Source of the DNA: an uncultured Fibrobacteria bacterium
GTDB taxonomy: Bacteria; Fibrobacterota; Fibrobacteria; UBA11236
Direction: 5' to 3'
Length of the DNA stretch: 64,000 bases
Assembly (NCBI GenBank): GCA_963716395.1
Contig: OY970309.1
Span: 1,728,001-1,792,000 of the forward strand
Below, in pieces: positions 11,331 to 19,499 of this stretch. Below the pieces are notes generated by a model, which ran no database searches, was not told where the DNA came from, and saw only the letters and a list, made by a program, of their open reading frames with translations. Each line of letters begins with the position of its first letter. Positions within the stretch are counted from its first letter, which is position 1. The translations under genes and the position numbers were made by a program.

Positions 11331-11660
11331 CTAGGGCGCGAACATCTCCTGGAGCACGGCGAGCACCCGTTCGCCGTCCTGTTTCCCGAGATCACCCAAC
11401 TTCTTCACCAAACGGGTTTTGTCCACAGCCCGGATTTGGTCCAAAACCACCTCGCCGTGCACGCCGCGGAAGGCACAGGAGGCACGGCTGGGATAACCCT
11501 TCCGCTTGGAAGTCATGGGCGCCACGAGGACGGTGCCGATATGCCGGTTCATTTCATCGGGAGAGATCACCAAAGCCGGACGGGTTTTGCGGATTTCATG
11601 CCCCATGGTTGGATCCAACGAAACCGAGAAGACGCCGAATCGGTTTACTTCCACTCCCAT
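11331..11660 (-). CDS. mazF: PemK/MazF family toxin
   Basis: VSLDPT.GHEIRKTRPALVISP, APMTS, DQIRAVDK.RL; overlaps the antitoxin end. Confidence 0.93.
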   Translation of the reverse strand: MGVEVNRFGVFSVSLDPTMGHEIRKTRPALVISPDEMNRHIGTVLVAPMTSKRKGYPSRASCAFRGVHGEVVLDQIRAVDKTRLVKKLGDLGKQDGERVLAVLQEMFAP

Positions 11661-11896
11661 TCCTCGCGATCCCAGGCCGAGGCGGGAAAAGCCTCCGGGA
11701 GTTTGTCGTCGCCCGCGGCGGCCATTTTTTTGAACCCCTCTTCCCAACCTTGGCGGGTTTTGGGTACCGGGGAAATCACGATTTTGCCGTTGCGCAATTC
11801 CAAATCCACTTCCGCGCCGAGACGGCATTGTCGAATCAACGGCTGCGGCAGCCGGATTCCGCGGGAATTCCCAATGCGAATCAGCGAAGTACGCAT
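11645..11896 (-). CDS. mazE: AbrB/MazE family antitoxin
   Basis: IRIGNSRGIRLP, acidic and Trp-rich C-terminus (WDREEWEW). Confidence 0.92.
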   Translation of the reverse strand: MRTSLIRIGNSRGIRLPQPLIRQCRLGAEVDLELRNGKIVISPVPKTRQGWEEGFKKMAAAGDDKLPEAFPASAWDREEWEWK

Positions 11897-11931
11897 AATT
11901 ACATTGTAATCACTTGCCGGGCGACGCGCAA
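11897..11931 (-). promoter_or_regulatory. mazEF promoter with palindromic operator; leaderless
   Basis: Minus strand TTGCGC-17nt-TACAAT-6nt-ATG; palindrome ATTACA-T-TGTAAT at 11898-11910 covers the -10. Confidence 0.7.
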
Positions 11932-11944
11932 GCGGCCTTCCGCC

Positions 11945-13072
11945 CTAATACACCACCAACTGATCGCGGTGAACCACCTCGCCCGGGCCTTTGCGGCCCA
12001 AGATGTCTGCGATGCGGTGGCTTTTCTGCCCCCGAATGCGCTGGACTTCGGCGGACGAATAGGCGGTGCGGCCGCGGCCGATCACCTCGCCGTCGCGATC
12101 GCACAACTCCACGAAATCGCCGGGCTCGAATTGGCCGCGCACTTTTTGAATGCCCGCCGGCAAGACGCTGCTGGGCCGGTTTTGCAAGGCGCGCACCGCG
12201 CCCGGATCGAGCACGATTTGGCCCTTGGCCTTGGAAACGAAGGCCAGCCAGCGCCGCTTGCGGTCGATGCGCGCGGCCCGCGGCAAAAACAACGTGCCCG
12301 GCCCGCGGCCTTGTACTAGGTCGAATAGGGGCGCGAGTCGGCCCGAAGCCAGCACGGCCGGCGTGCCGGCTTCGGTGACCTGGCGAATGGCATTCAGCTT
12401 GGTGCGCATGCCGCCCACGCTGACCTTGGAACCGGGTTTGTCTTCGCCGAGTTTTAGAATATCGGCCGTGACCCGCTCCACCACCTCGATGCGTCGCGCG
12501 TCGGCATGGGCCTTGGGATTCTTGTCATACAACCCGGCCTCGTCGCTGAGCAGTACCAGCAAATCGGCTTCGAGGAATTGCGCCACGTCGGCCGACAGCT
12601 TGTCGTTGTCGCCCACCTTGATCTCTTCGGTGGCCACGGTGTCGTTTTCATTCACGATGGGGATCACGCCTTTGGCCAGCAAGGTGCGCAAGGTTTGGCG
12701 AATGTTGTTGAAGCGTTGCTTGTGGCGGAAGTCGTCGGCCGACAGCAGGATTTGCGCCGCGGTTTTACCGCGCGCCTGGAATAAATCGGCGTAGCGCTGC
12801 ATCAGGCGGATTTGCCCGATGGCCGCGCAGGCTTGCTTGGCGGCCAGCTCGGCGGGCCGCTGCGTCAAGCCCAGCGCGCCCATGCCCACGCCCACGGCGC
12901 CCGACGTGACCAGTACGGTGGAATAGCCGTGATCGTGCAAGGCGCTGATTTCATCGGCGAGATGCGCCAGTTGCGCATCGTTCAAGGTATTGTCTTCGCG
13001 ACACAATACGCGCGTGCCCACCTTGACCACCAAGGTGCGCACATTCCGGAACAATGACTCGCGCGAGTGCAT
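11945..13072 (-). CDS. proB: Glutamate 5-kinase with PUA domain
   Basis: VVKVGT, VTSGAV, NENDTV, GDND.LSA, GGMRTK, C-terminal PUA domain ending HRDQL. Confidence 0.97.
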   Translation of the reverse strand: MHSRESLFRNVRTLVVKVGTRVLCREDNTLNDAQLAHLADEISALHDHGYSTVLVTSGAVGVGMGALGLTQRPAELAAKQACAAIGQIRLMQRYADLFQARGKTAAQILLSADDFRHKQRFNNIRQTLRTLLAKGVIPIVNENDTVATEEIKVGDNDKLSADVAQFLEADLLVLLSDEAGLYDKNPKAHADARRIEVVERVTADILKLGEDKPGSKVSVGGMRTKLNAIRQVTEAGTPAVLASGRLAPLFDLVQGRGPGTLFLPRAARIDRKRRWLAFVSKAKGQIVLDPGAVRALQNRPSSVLPAGIQKVRGQFEPGDFVELCDRDGEVIGRGRTAYSSAEVQRIRGQKSHRIADILGRKGPGEVVHRDQLVVY

Positions 13073-13155
13073 AACGGGATAAAAGTGCAAACCCTGCCTG
13101 TGAAAATGTGACCCCGATCCCATGTCCCGAGTCGCGGCCGCGCTAGTTTCCGGCC

Positions 13156-14667
13156 ATGCTGCGAATCCGCGCCTTGGCGCTTTTGCTGTTTTCTTTGGCG
13201 ACTGGCGCCCGCGCCGATACCTGGGCCTGCGCAGAAGCGTTGCCGGCGGATTCCGAGGCCGCCGCCCAAGCCATGGATGCGGGTTGGAATCCCGGCGACA
13301 CCTGCGCCGCCGAGATTTTCCTCGACCCGGATTGGAGCGATACGGCCGATTCCGCGCGGCGAAGTGACGCCGCCTATTCGCTGCGTCAGAGCCAGGGAGC
13401 CTATTCTACCCGCTGGCGCGATCGCACCGAGTCCGGGAATTGGGCGTCGCGCTTCGACGGCCGGGGCGATACTTTGGAACAGGCCCAGGTAGGTTGGCGT
13501 GGCGCGAAGTGGACGTTCGCGGCCGGCGATCGCGAAGATGCGGAATTGCGCCTGCGGCCGGCCTGGCTGCCTCGCCGCATCGAGCCGAACCATTGGATAT
13601 CCGCCGGCAACTCTTTTCCCTTGGCCGGATCCGCTTCCGCCCCGCAACGGTTTGCGGCCGGCTATACGGCCGGCGCCATGCGGATCTACGCCTTGGAAGC
13701 CTGGCAGACCTTGCATCCCCGCCGCGTGCCGTCTTGGGATCCGCCCTGGGAGTTGCGCCACCAGACCTTGGGCGCGGAAATTTCGACGTCCTGGCCGGCC
13801 GCCTTGGATTGGGCGCAAACCCAAATCGGTCGCAACGGAAGTGATTCGGTGTCGGAGCAGTTGGCGTCGTTGAGTTTGGCCTCGCCATCCCGTGTCGCCG
13901 AATTCGACTGGGCCTGGAACGGTACGCGTGAACATCCGGGCGGCGCTCAGGCCCTGGGGTTCCATCTGCGTTACCCTTTCGGGATGGGAGAAGGCGAACT
14001 GTTGTGGCGCCGCTTCGGCGCGCGCTGGAGTTCGGTATGGGATTCCACCTGGATGGACGATGCCGTTTCCGAAGATTCGGACACCGCTGCGGCGGATTGG
14101 GGCGCGGGTGGTTTGGCCTTGCGTCTGCGCCTGCCGCTGCCGGGACGGCCGCACGCGTCTTTCGTCGAAGGCGAAAGTTGGCAATCCTGGGGCGCCCAGG
14201 GCGCACCGCACGGATCGGGCATGCGCGGGCAATTTCGCTGGCGCCGCCGCGGTTGGTTTTTTTCCTGCCGCGGCCTGGTGCGCGAATACGTCTATGCCAC
14301 CGGCACCGTGTCGCGCTATCGGTCTTTATGGTGGAGCGTGGATTTCGGGACCCGTTGGCGTTGCCGTCTGCGCGCTTTTCAAATCTGGGAAACCCGGGCG
14401 TGGAAACAGGGCGAAGCGGTGGCCTTTTCCTGCCCTTGGGGCCGCCTGCAATTCCGTCCGGGGCTGCGCTTGCAAAGCGCCGCGGGGAGCGGCTTCGCAG
14501 GCCAATGGTCAACTGGGTTGGGCTGGCGGCTATCGCGCGCGTGGCAATTCGAATCCGAGATACGCCGGCCTTTGCCGACGCTGGCGGCTGCCGAACCGCC
14601 CGCTTGGAAAATGACTTTGCGTTATGCCCTCCGGGTTAGAAATCGCCCCGGGGACGGCTCGCGTTGA
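13156..14667 (+). CDS. Hypothetical secreted Trp-rich protein, possible outer-membrane beta-barrel
   Basis: Signal peptide (LLLFSLATGARA); many amphipathic aromatic strands; TAGTTT 6 nt before ATG supports the start. Confidence 0.55.
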   Translation: MLRIRALALLLFSLATGARADTWACAEALPADSEAAAQAMDAGWNPGDTCAAEIFLDPDWSDTADSARRSDAAYSLRQSQGAYSTRWRDRTESGNWASRFDGRGDTLEQAQVGWRGAKWTFAAGDREDAELRLRPAWLPRRIEPNHWISAGNSFPLAGSASAPQRFAAGYTAGAMRIYALEAWQTLHPRRVPSWDPPWELRHQTLGAEISTSWPAALDWAQTQIGRNGSDSVSEQLASLSLASPSRVAEFDWAWNGTREHPGGAQALGFHLRYPFGMGEGELLWRRFGARWSSVWDSTWMDDAVSEDSDTAAADWGAGGLALRLRLPLPGRPHASFVEGESWQSWGAQGAPHGSGMRGQFRWRRRGWFFSCRGLVREYVYATGTVSRYRSLWWSVDFGTRWRCRLRAFQIWETRAWKQGEAVAFSCPWGRLQFRPGLRLQSAAGSGFAGQWSTGLGWRLSRAWQFESEIRRPLPTLAAAEPPAWKMTLRYALRVRNRPGDGSR

Positions 14668-14724
14668 TTTTCTAAGGCCGGAAAACGCGGGTGACCGAAG
14701 ATTTTTCCGCGGGCGTTTGGGGTA

Positions 14725-17406
14725 CTAAGACAAATCGTCCAACGCGTTTTCGAGCCGGCGCGCATTCTCGATTTGGGTGCGGAGCTTTTCGCGTTCGGCC
14801 TCGACCACCTCGGCCGGGGCGCTGCGCGTGAATTTTTCATTGGCCAGTTTTTTTTCCTGTAGGGCCACGAATCCCTTGGCTTTCTCCCATTCCTTGCCGA
14901 GGCGCCGGCGCTCGGCTTCGGGGTCGAGCAGGCCTGCGAGCGGCACATGGATTTTACCGCCGGGGATCAGGGCCGAGGCCGAAAACGAAGGCTTGGCGAG
15001 TTGCGTTCCCCATTCCAGTTGCGCGCGCTCCAATCCCAGCACCACGTTTTGTTGTGATTGTAGATCGACCAGCGCATCCGAGTCGTCGATTTGCACCAGC
15101 ACCCGCAATTCGCGTTGCGGCGGCAAGTTATAGCTGCCGCGGATTTGGCGCACGGCTGCGACCACGGCCAGCAAACCGTCCATCCGGCGCGATTCGACCG
15201 GGGAAAAATCCACGGTGCGGGACTCGGGCCAGGGGCCGAGAATCAAGAAGCCCGGATCGCCGAGCTGCGCTCGGATTTCTTCTGTCAGGTAGGGCATGAA
15301 CGGGTGCAGCACGGCGATCAGATCGCGCAGCACGGCCGCGAACACCGTGACGGCAACGCGTTTATTCTCGGGCGCTTCGCCCGTGATGTCAGATTTGCGG
15401 ATTTCCAAATACGTGGAGCAGAAGTCGTCCCAGGCGAAGTGATACAGGGATTGCGCCGCCTCGGAAAAGCGCAGGTTCGAAGCTTCGAGCGCTTCGGTGA
15501 CCAGGCGCACCGTTTCGCTGCAACGCTGCAGAATCCAGCGGTCGGCCAGCCCGAGTTTGAGACCGTCCAGCGAGGACGCGGCCGCACCCAAATGCGGATG
15601 CACGAAGCGCACGGCGTTCCACAGCTTGTTGGCGAAGTTGCGGCCGGTTTCGAATTTGACCGGCGACAGCTTGATGTCTTGCCCCTCGGTGGTCAAGGTC
15701 ATGAGCGCGAAGCGCACGGCGTCTGCCCCGTATTGATCGATCATGGCGATGGGATCGATGCCGTTGCCTTTCGACTTCGACATGCGCTGCCCTTTTTCAT
15801 CCAGGATGGTGCCGTGGATGTACACGGTGTGGAACGGCGTCTGCCCCAGGAATTTCAACCCGGAAAAAATCATGCGCGCCACCCAGAAATAGATGATGCC
15901 GCGATCGGTGACCAAGACGTCGGTGGGGTAATGCCTGCGTAACTCCGGCGTGTCCTCGGGCCAACCCAAAGTTGAGAAAGGCCACAGGGCGCTTGAGAAC
16001 CAGGTGTCGAGCACGTCTTCTTCCTGGCGTAACACACAGGCTTCTCCGTATTTCGCCTGCGCCAACCGCCGGGCCTCGGCGGCGTTGCGGCCCACCACGT
16101 AAGGCGTGGCGTCGTTGACCTCGCCGCCGGTTTCGGAGATCACATACCACACCGGAATCTGATGCCCCCACCACAACTGCCGCGAAATGCACCAATCTCG
16201 GCGCGGTTCCAGCCATTGTTCGTAGGTCTTGACGTAGCGATCCGGAACAAAACGGACGTTTTTTTGCGCATCGAATTTACCGGATTCCCAATGCACGCAG
16301 GCCAAAGCCGGGTCGACCAGGGGGGCCATTTTCACATACCATTGGCTCATCAAGGTGGGCTCCACCACGTCGCCGGAGCGGTAACACAAGGGGATGGGAA
16401 TCACCCGATCCTCGACCGCCACCAGCAACCCGCGCGCGGTGAGATCGTCCACCAGTTTTTTCCGCGCCGCGAAGCGGTTCAGGCCCGCATAGGGCCCGGC
16501 CTCCTGGTTCAAGGTCGCGTCGAGATTCATGACCACGAGGGGTTTCAGGCCGTGGCGCAGGCCCACTTCGTAATCATTGAAGTCGTGGGCCGGGGTGATC
16601 TTGACCGCGCCCGTGCCTTTGGCCGGGTCGGCATAGGCATCGGCGATTACGGGAATGGGCCGGTCGAGGATGGGGATTAAAACTTTTTTTCCGATCCAAT
16701 CCCGGTACCGAGTGTCGTCGGGATGCACGGCCACGGCCGCGTCGCCGAACAAGGTTTCGGGCCGCGTGGTCGACACCACCAGGCTTTGGGAAGGATCGTC
16801 GGCCCGCACGTAGCGGATCGACCAGAAATGGCCAGGCGTTTCCTGGGTTTCGACTTCTTCGTCGGCCAGCGCGGTTTGCAATTGCGGACACCAGTTCACC
16901 AGGCGGGCGCCGCGATAGATGAGGCCGTCGGCGTGCAGACGCACGAACACTTCGCGCACCGCGGCCGACAGCCCTTCGTCCATGGTGAAGCGCAGACGCG
17001 ACCAGTCGCAAGAACTGCCCAGCCGCTGGAGTTGCTCCACGATGCGGTTGCCGTATTCCTGCTTCCATTCCCACACGCGTGCCACGAATTTTTCGCGGCC
17101 CAGGTCATGCTTGTTCCGGCCCTCTTTCTGCAGCATGCGCTCCACCACGCTTTGGGTGGCGATGCCGGCATGATCCGTGCCCGGCTGCCACAAGGTACGG
17201 AAGCCTTGCATGCGCTTGCTGCGGATGAGCACGTCCTGCAAGGTGTTGTTCAGGGCATGGCCCATGTGCAAAGCGCCCGTGACATTGGGCGGCGGTATTA
17301 CGATCGTGAATGGCCGGCCCTCGCCTTGCGGTTTGAAGGCGCCGGCCTGCTCCCAAGCGGCATACCATTTCGACTCGATTTCCTGGGGGGAATAACGGCT
17401 TTCCAT
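14725..17406 (-). CDS. valS: Valine--tRNA ligase
   Basis: PPPNVTGALHMGH, GTDHAGIATQ, WCISRQLWWGH, RMSKS, C-terminal coiled coil. Confidence 0.98.
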   Translation of the reverse strand: MESRYSPQEIESKWYAAWEQAGAFKPQGEGRPFTIVIPPPNVTGALHMGHALNNTLQDVLIRSKRMQGFRTLWQPGTDHAGIATQSVVERMLQKEGRNKHDLGREKFVARVWEWKQEYGNRIVEQLQRLGSSCDWSRLRFTMDEGLSAAVREVFVRLHADGLIYRGARLVNWCPQLQTALADEEVETQETPGHFWSIRYVRADDPSQSLVVSTTRPETLFGDAAVAVHPDDTRYRDWIGKKVLIPILDRPIPVIADAYADPAKGTGAVKITPAHDFNDYEVGLRHGLKPLVVMNLDATLNQEAGPYAGLNRFAARKKLVDDLTARGLLVAVEDRVIPIPLCYRSGDVVEPTLMSQWYVKMAPLVDPALACVHWESGKFDAQKNVRFVPDRYVKTYEQWLEPRRDWCISRQLWWGHQIPVWYVISETGGEVNDATPYVVGRNAAEARRLAQAKYGEACVLRQEEDVLDTWFSSALWPFSTLGWPEDTPELRRHYPTDVLVTDRGIIYFWVARMIFSGLKFLGQTPFHTVYIHGTILDEKGQRMSKSKGNGIDPIAMIDQYGADAVRFALMTLTTEGQDIKLSPVKFETGRNFANKLWNAVRFVHPHLGAAASSLDGLKLGLADRWILQRCSETVRLVTEALEASNLRFSEAAQSLYHFAWDDFCSTYLEIRKSDITGEAPENKRVAVTVFAAVLRDLIAVLHPFMPYLTEEIRAQLGDPGFLILGPWPESRTVDFSPVESRRMDGLLAVVAAVRQIRGSYNLPPQRELRVLVQIDDSDALVDLQSQQNVVLGLERAQLEWGTQLAKPSFSASALIPGGKIHVPLAGLLDPEAERRRLGKEWEKAKGFVALQEKKLANEKFTRSAPAEVVEAEREKLRTQIENARRLENALDDLS

Positions 17407-17447
17407 CGGAGCAGAAAAGATACCCCCCAATGCGTATTTTGGTGGAC

Positions 17448-17648
17448 ATGAAGCTGCACGTCAACGGCGAGGAAGTTGAGTTGGAAACGCCGATGACCTT
17501 GGCGGAATTGCTGGCCCGCCACCGGCTCAAACCCGAAACCGTGGTGGTGGAGTACAACCGGCTGGTGCCGTCCAAAGCCGAATATGCCCGCATTTCTTTG
17601 CGCGCCGGCGACCGCGTCGAAATCGTAAAGTTCATGGGCGGCGGCTGA
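17448..17648 (+). CDS. thiS: Sulfur carrier protein ThiS
   Basis: 66 aa, VNGE..., GDRVEIV.F.GGG C-terminus. Confidence 0.9.
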   Translation: MKLHVNGEEVELETPMTLAELLARHRLKPETVVVEYNRLVPSKAEYARISLRAGDRVEIVKFMGGG

Positions 17649-17654
17649 GCGCGC

Positions 17655-18785
17655 ATGCCCCGTTGCCTGCATTTGCTCGACGCCTATCTGCACGGCACCG
17701 AAACCTTTATCTGGCAATACCTGCGCCGCGCGCAGCGCTTTCTGCCGCTGGTGCTGGCCGATGCCTGGGAAAACGCGGATCAATTTCCCCTGCCCCGCGG
17801 CGAATTTTTGCGCCTGCAGCCGGAGCGGTCTGGGCTGGCGCGCTTGCAGGCCCGGCTGCGTGGCGCCTATGCACCGGTACAATATTCCGGAGGTGCGGAA
17901 ATTTTACACCGCCGCGATCTGGCGCTTTGCCATGCCCACAACGGGTATCGCGCCTGCATTACGGCCGATTTTGTCGCGACTTTGGACAAGCCCCTGGTGG
18001 TCAGCTTTTACGGAGCCGACGTTTCGCGCGCCGATGTCTTGCGCCGCGCGGCGGCCGGGTACCGCCGGCTTTTTGGCCAAGCCCGCGCCTTGCTGGTCGA
18101 AGGGCCGGCTATGCGCCGCCGCCTGTTGGATTTGGGCGCTCCCGAAGACAAGATCCGCCTCTGCCGCATCGCCGTCGATCCCGCGGATTACCGCTTGCGC
18201 GCACGCGCTTGGGACGGCCGCCGAGACATTCGCTTGCTTTTCATCGGGCGCCTGGTGGAGAAAAAAGGGCTGGACGTGGGCCTGAAGGCTTTGGCCGACG
18301 CGCGCATCGATTTTCCCTGGCGGCTGAGCGTGGTCGGCGACGGACCGTTGCGCAAGGGTCTGGAAGCGCTGGCCCAAAAGCTGAGGCTGCGCGACCGGGT
18401 CGACTTTCTCGGGTATCGTCCCTGGAAAGAGTTGCGCGATTTGCTCGACACCCATGATCTTTTGTTCCAGCCCTCGCGCCGCGCCCAAAACGGCGACAGC
18501 GAAGGCGGCGCGCCCACCGTGATTCTCGAAGCCCAAGCCGGCGGCATGCCGGTGGTGTCGACGCGGCATGACGACATCCCCTTTGTCACGGTTTCGGATC
18601 ACAGCGCGTGGCTGGCGCCCGCAGGCGATGCCTCGGCCTTGGCCGAAACGCTGCGCCGCGCGGCGCAGGAGCATGGCCGCTGGGGGGAAATGGGCCGCGC
18701 GGGCCGCGCCAAGGTCGAAGCCGATCACAACAGTGCCCAAGAGATCGAGGTTTTGGAACGCATTTATGCCGAGGTGTCGGGTTGA
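17655..18785 (+). CDS. GT4 family glycosyltransferase (WcaL-like)
   Basis: TETFI, FIGRLVEKKG, PS..A.NGDSEG..P.VILEA.A.G.PVVST.H. Confidence 0.88.
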   Translation: MPRCLHLLDAYLHGTETFIWQYLRRAQRFLPLVLADAWENADQFPLPRGEFLRLQPERSGLARLQARLRGAYAPVQYSGGAEILHRRDLALCHAHNGYRACITADFVATLDKPLVVSFYGADVSRADVLRRAAAGYRRLFGQARALLVEGPAMRRRLLDLGAPEDKIRLCRIAVDPADYRLRARAWDGRRDIRLLFIGRLVEKKGLDVGLKALADARIDFPWRLSVVGDGPLRKGLEALAQKLRLRDRVDFLGYRPWKELRDLLDTHDLLFQPSRRAQNGDSEGGAPTVILEAQAGGMPVVSTRHDDIPFVTVSDHSAWLAPAGDASALAETLRRAAQEHGRWGEMGRAGRAKVEADHNSAQEIEVLERIYAEVSG

Positions 18786-18791
18786 AAGCGA

Positions 18792-19499
18792 TCATGCTTC
18801 CACGCAATATTCGTCGGCCGTTTCCGGGTCGCGGGTATTGAGCGGCTGCAAACGCGCATAACCCAGATCGCGGATCAGGTCGAGGCAGACGCGCCGGCAT
18901 GCGGGGCCATGCACCGATAGCAGTAGGGCCGGCTTGCGCGCGCGCAGGTATTCCAGTCCGCCGCGCAGCACTTCGGCTTCGGCGCCCTCCACGTCGATTT
19001 TCAAAACCTCGGGACGCACGTGGGCGCGATCCAGAAAGTCGGCCAGCGACACGGCGAACACGGGGTGCTCGCCGGTTTCTTCCAGCCGGCCCAGGGAGTG
19101 GTGCGCGCCGGCCCGAAAATTTCGGAGTCCCGTGGACTCGGCCACGGCCCAGGGCAAGACCGCCACGTTGTCGACCCGATTTTTCTCCAAAGTGCGGATC
19201 AGCCAGCTTACGTTGCGGGGGTAGGGCTCGAAGGCGAAAACGCGCTGGGCGCCGCGCGCGAAGACCAGCGCATAGAGTCCCGCATGCGCGCCGATGTCGA
19301 GGCAGCAACTGGCGCCCTGCGCCAAGCGTTTCGCCGCCGCCAACTGCTCCGGTTCGGAGCGGTTCCAAATCACCGACAGGCCTTTGGAAGGGCCGGGCGC
19401 TGCGCCTACGAGCCACCAGCCGCCGGCCGCCGGGCCGCGTAGAATCGGCAGCGGCAAGCCGTCGGGCAGCAGCGCGGCGGCGAAGCGGATCGCGCTCAT
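18792..19499 (-). CDS. FkbM family methyltransferase
   Basis: LDIGAHAGLY, FAFEP, LKIDVEGAE.EVL.G. Confidence 0.9.
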   Translation of the reverse strand: MSAIRFAAALLPDGLPLPILRGPAAGGWWLVGAAPGPSKGLSVIWNRSEPEQLAAAKRLAQGASCCLDIGAHAGLYALVFARGAQRVFAFEPYPRNVSWLIRTLEKNRVDNVAVLPWAVAESTGLRNFRAGAHHSLGRLEETGEHPVFAVSLADFLDRAHVRPEVLKIDVEGAEAEVLRGGLEYLRARKPALLLSVHGPACRRVCLDLIRDLGYARLQPLNTRDPETADEYCVEA

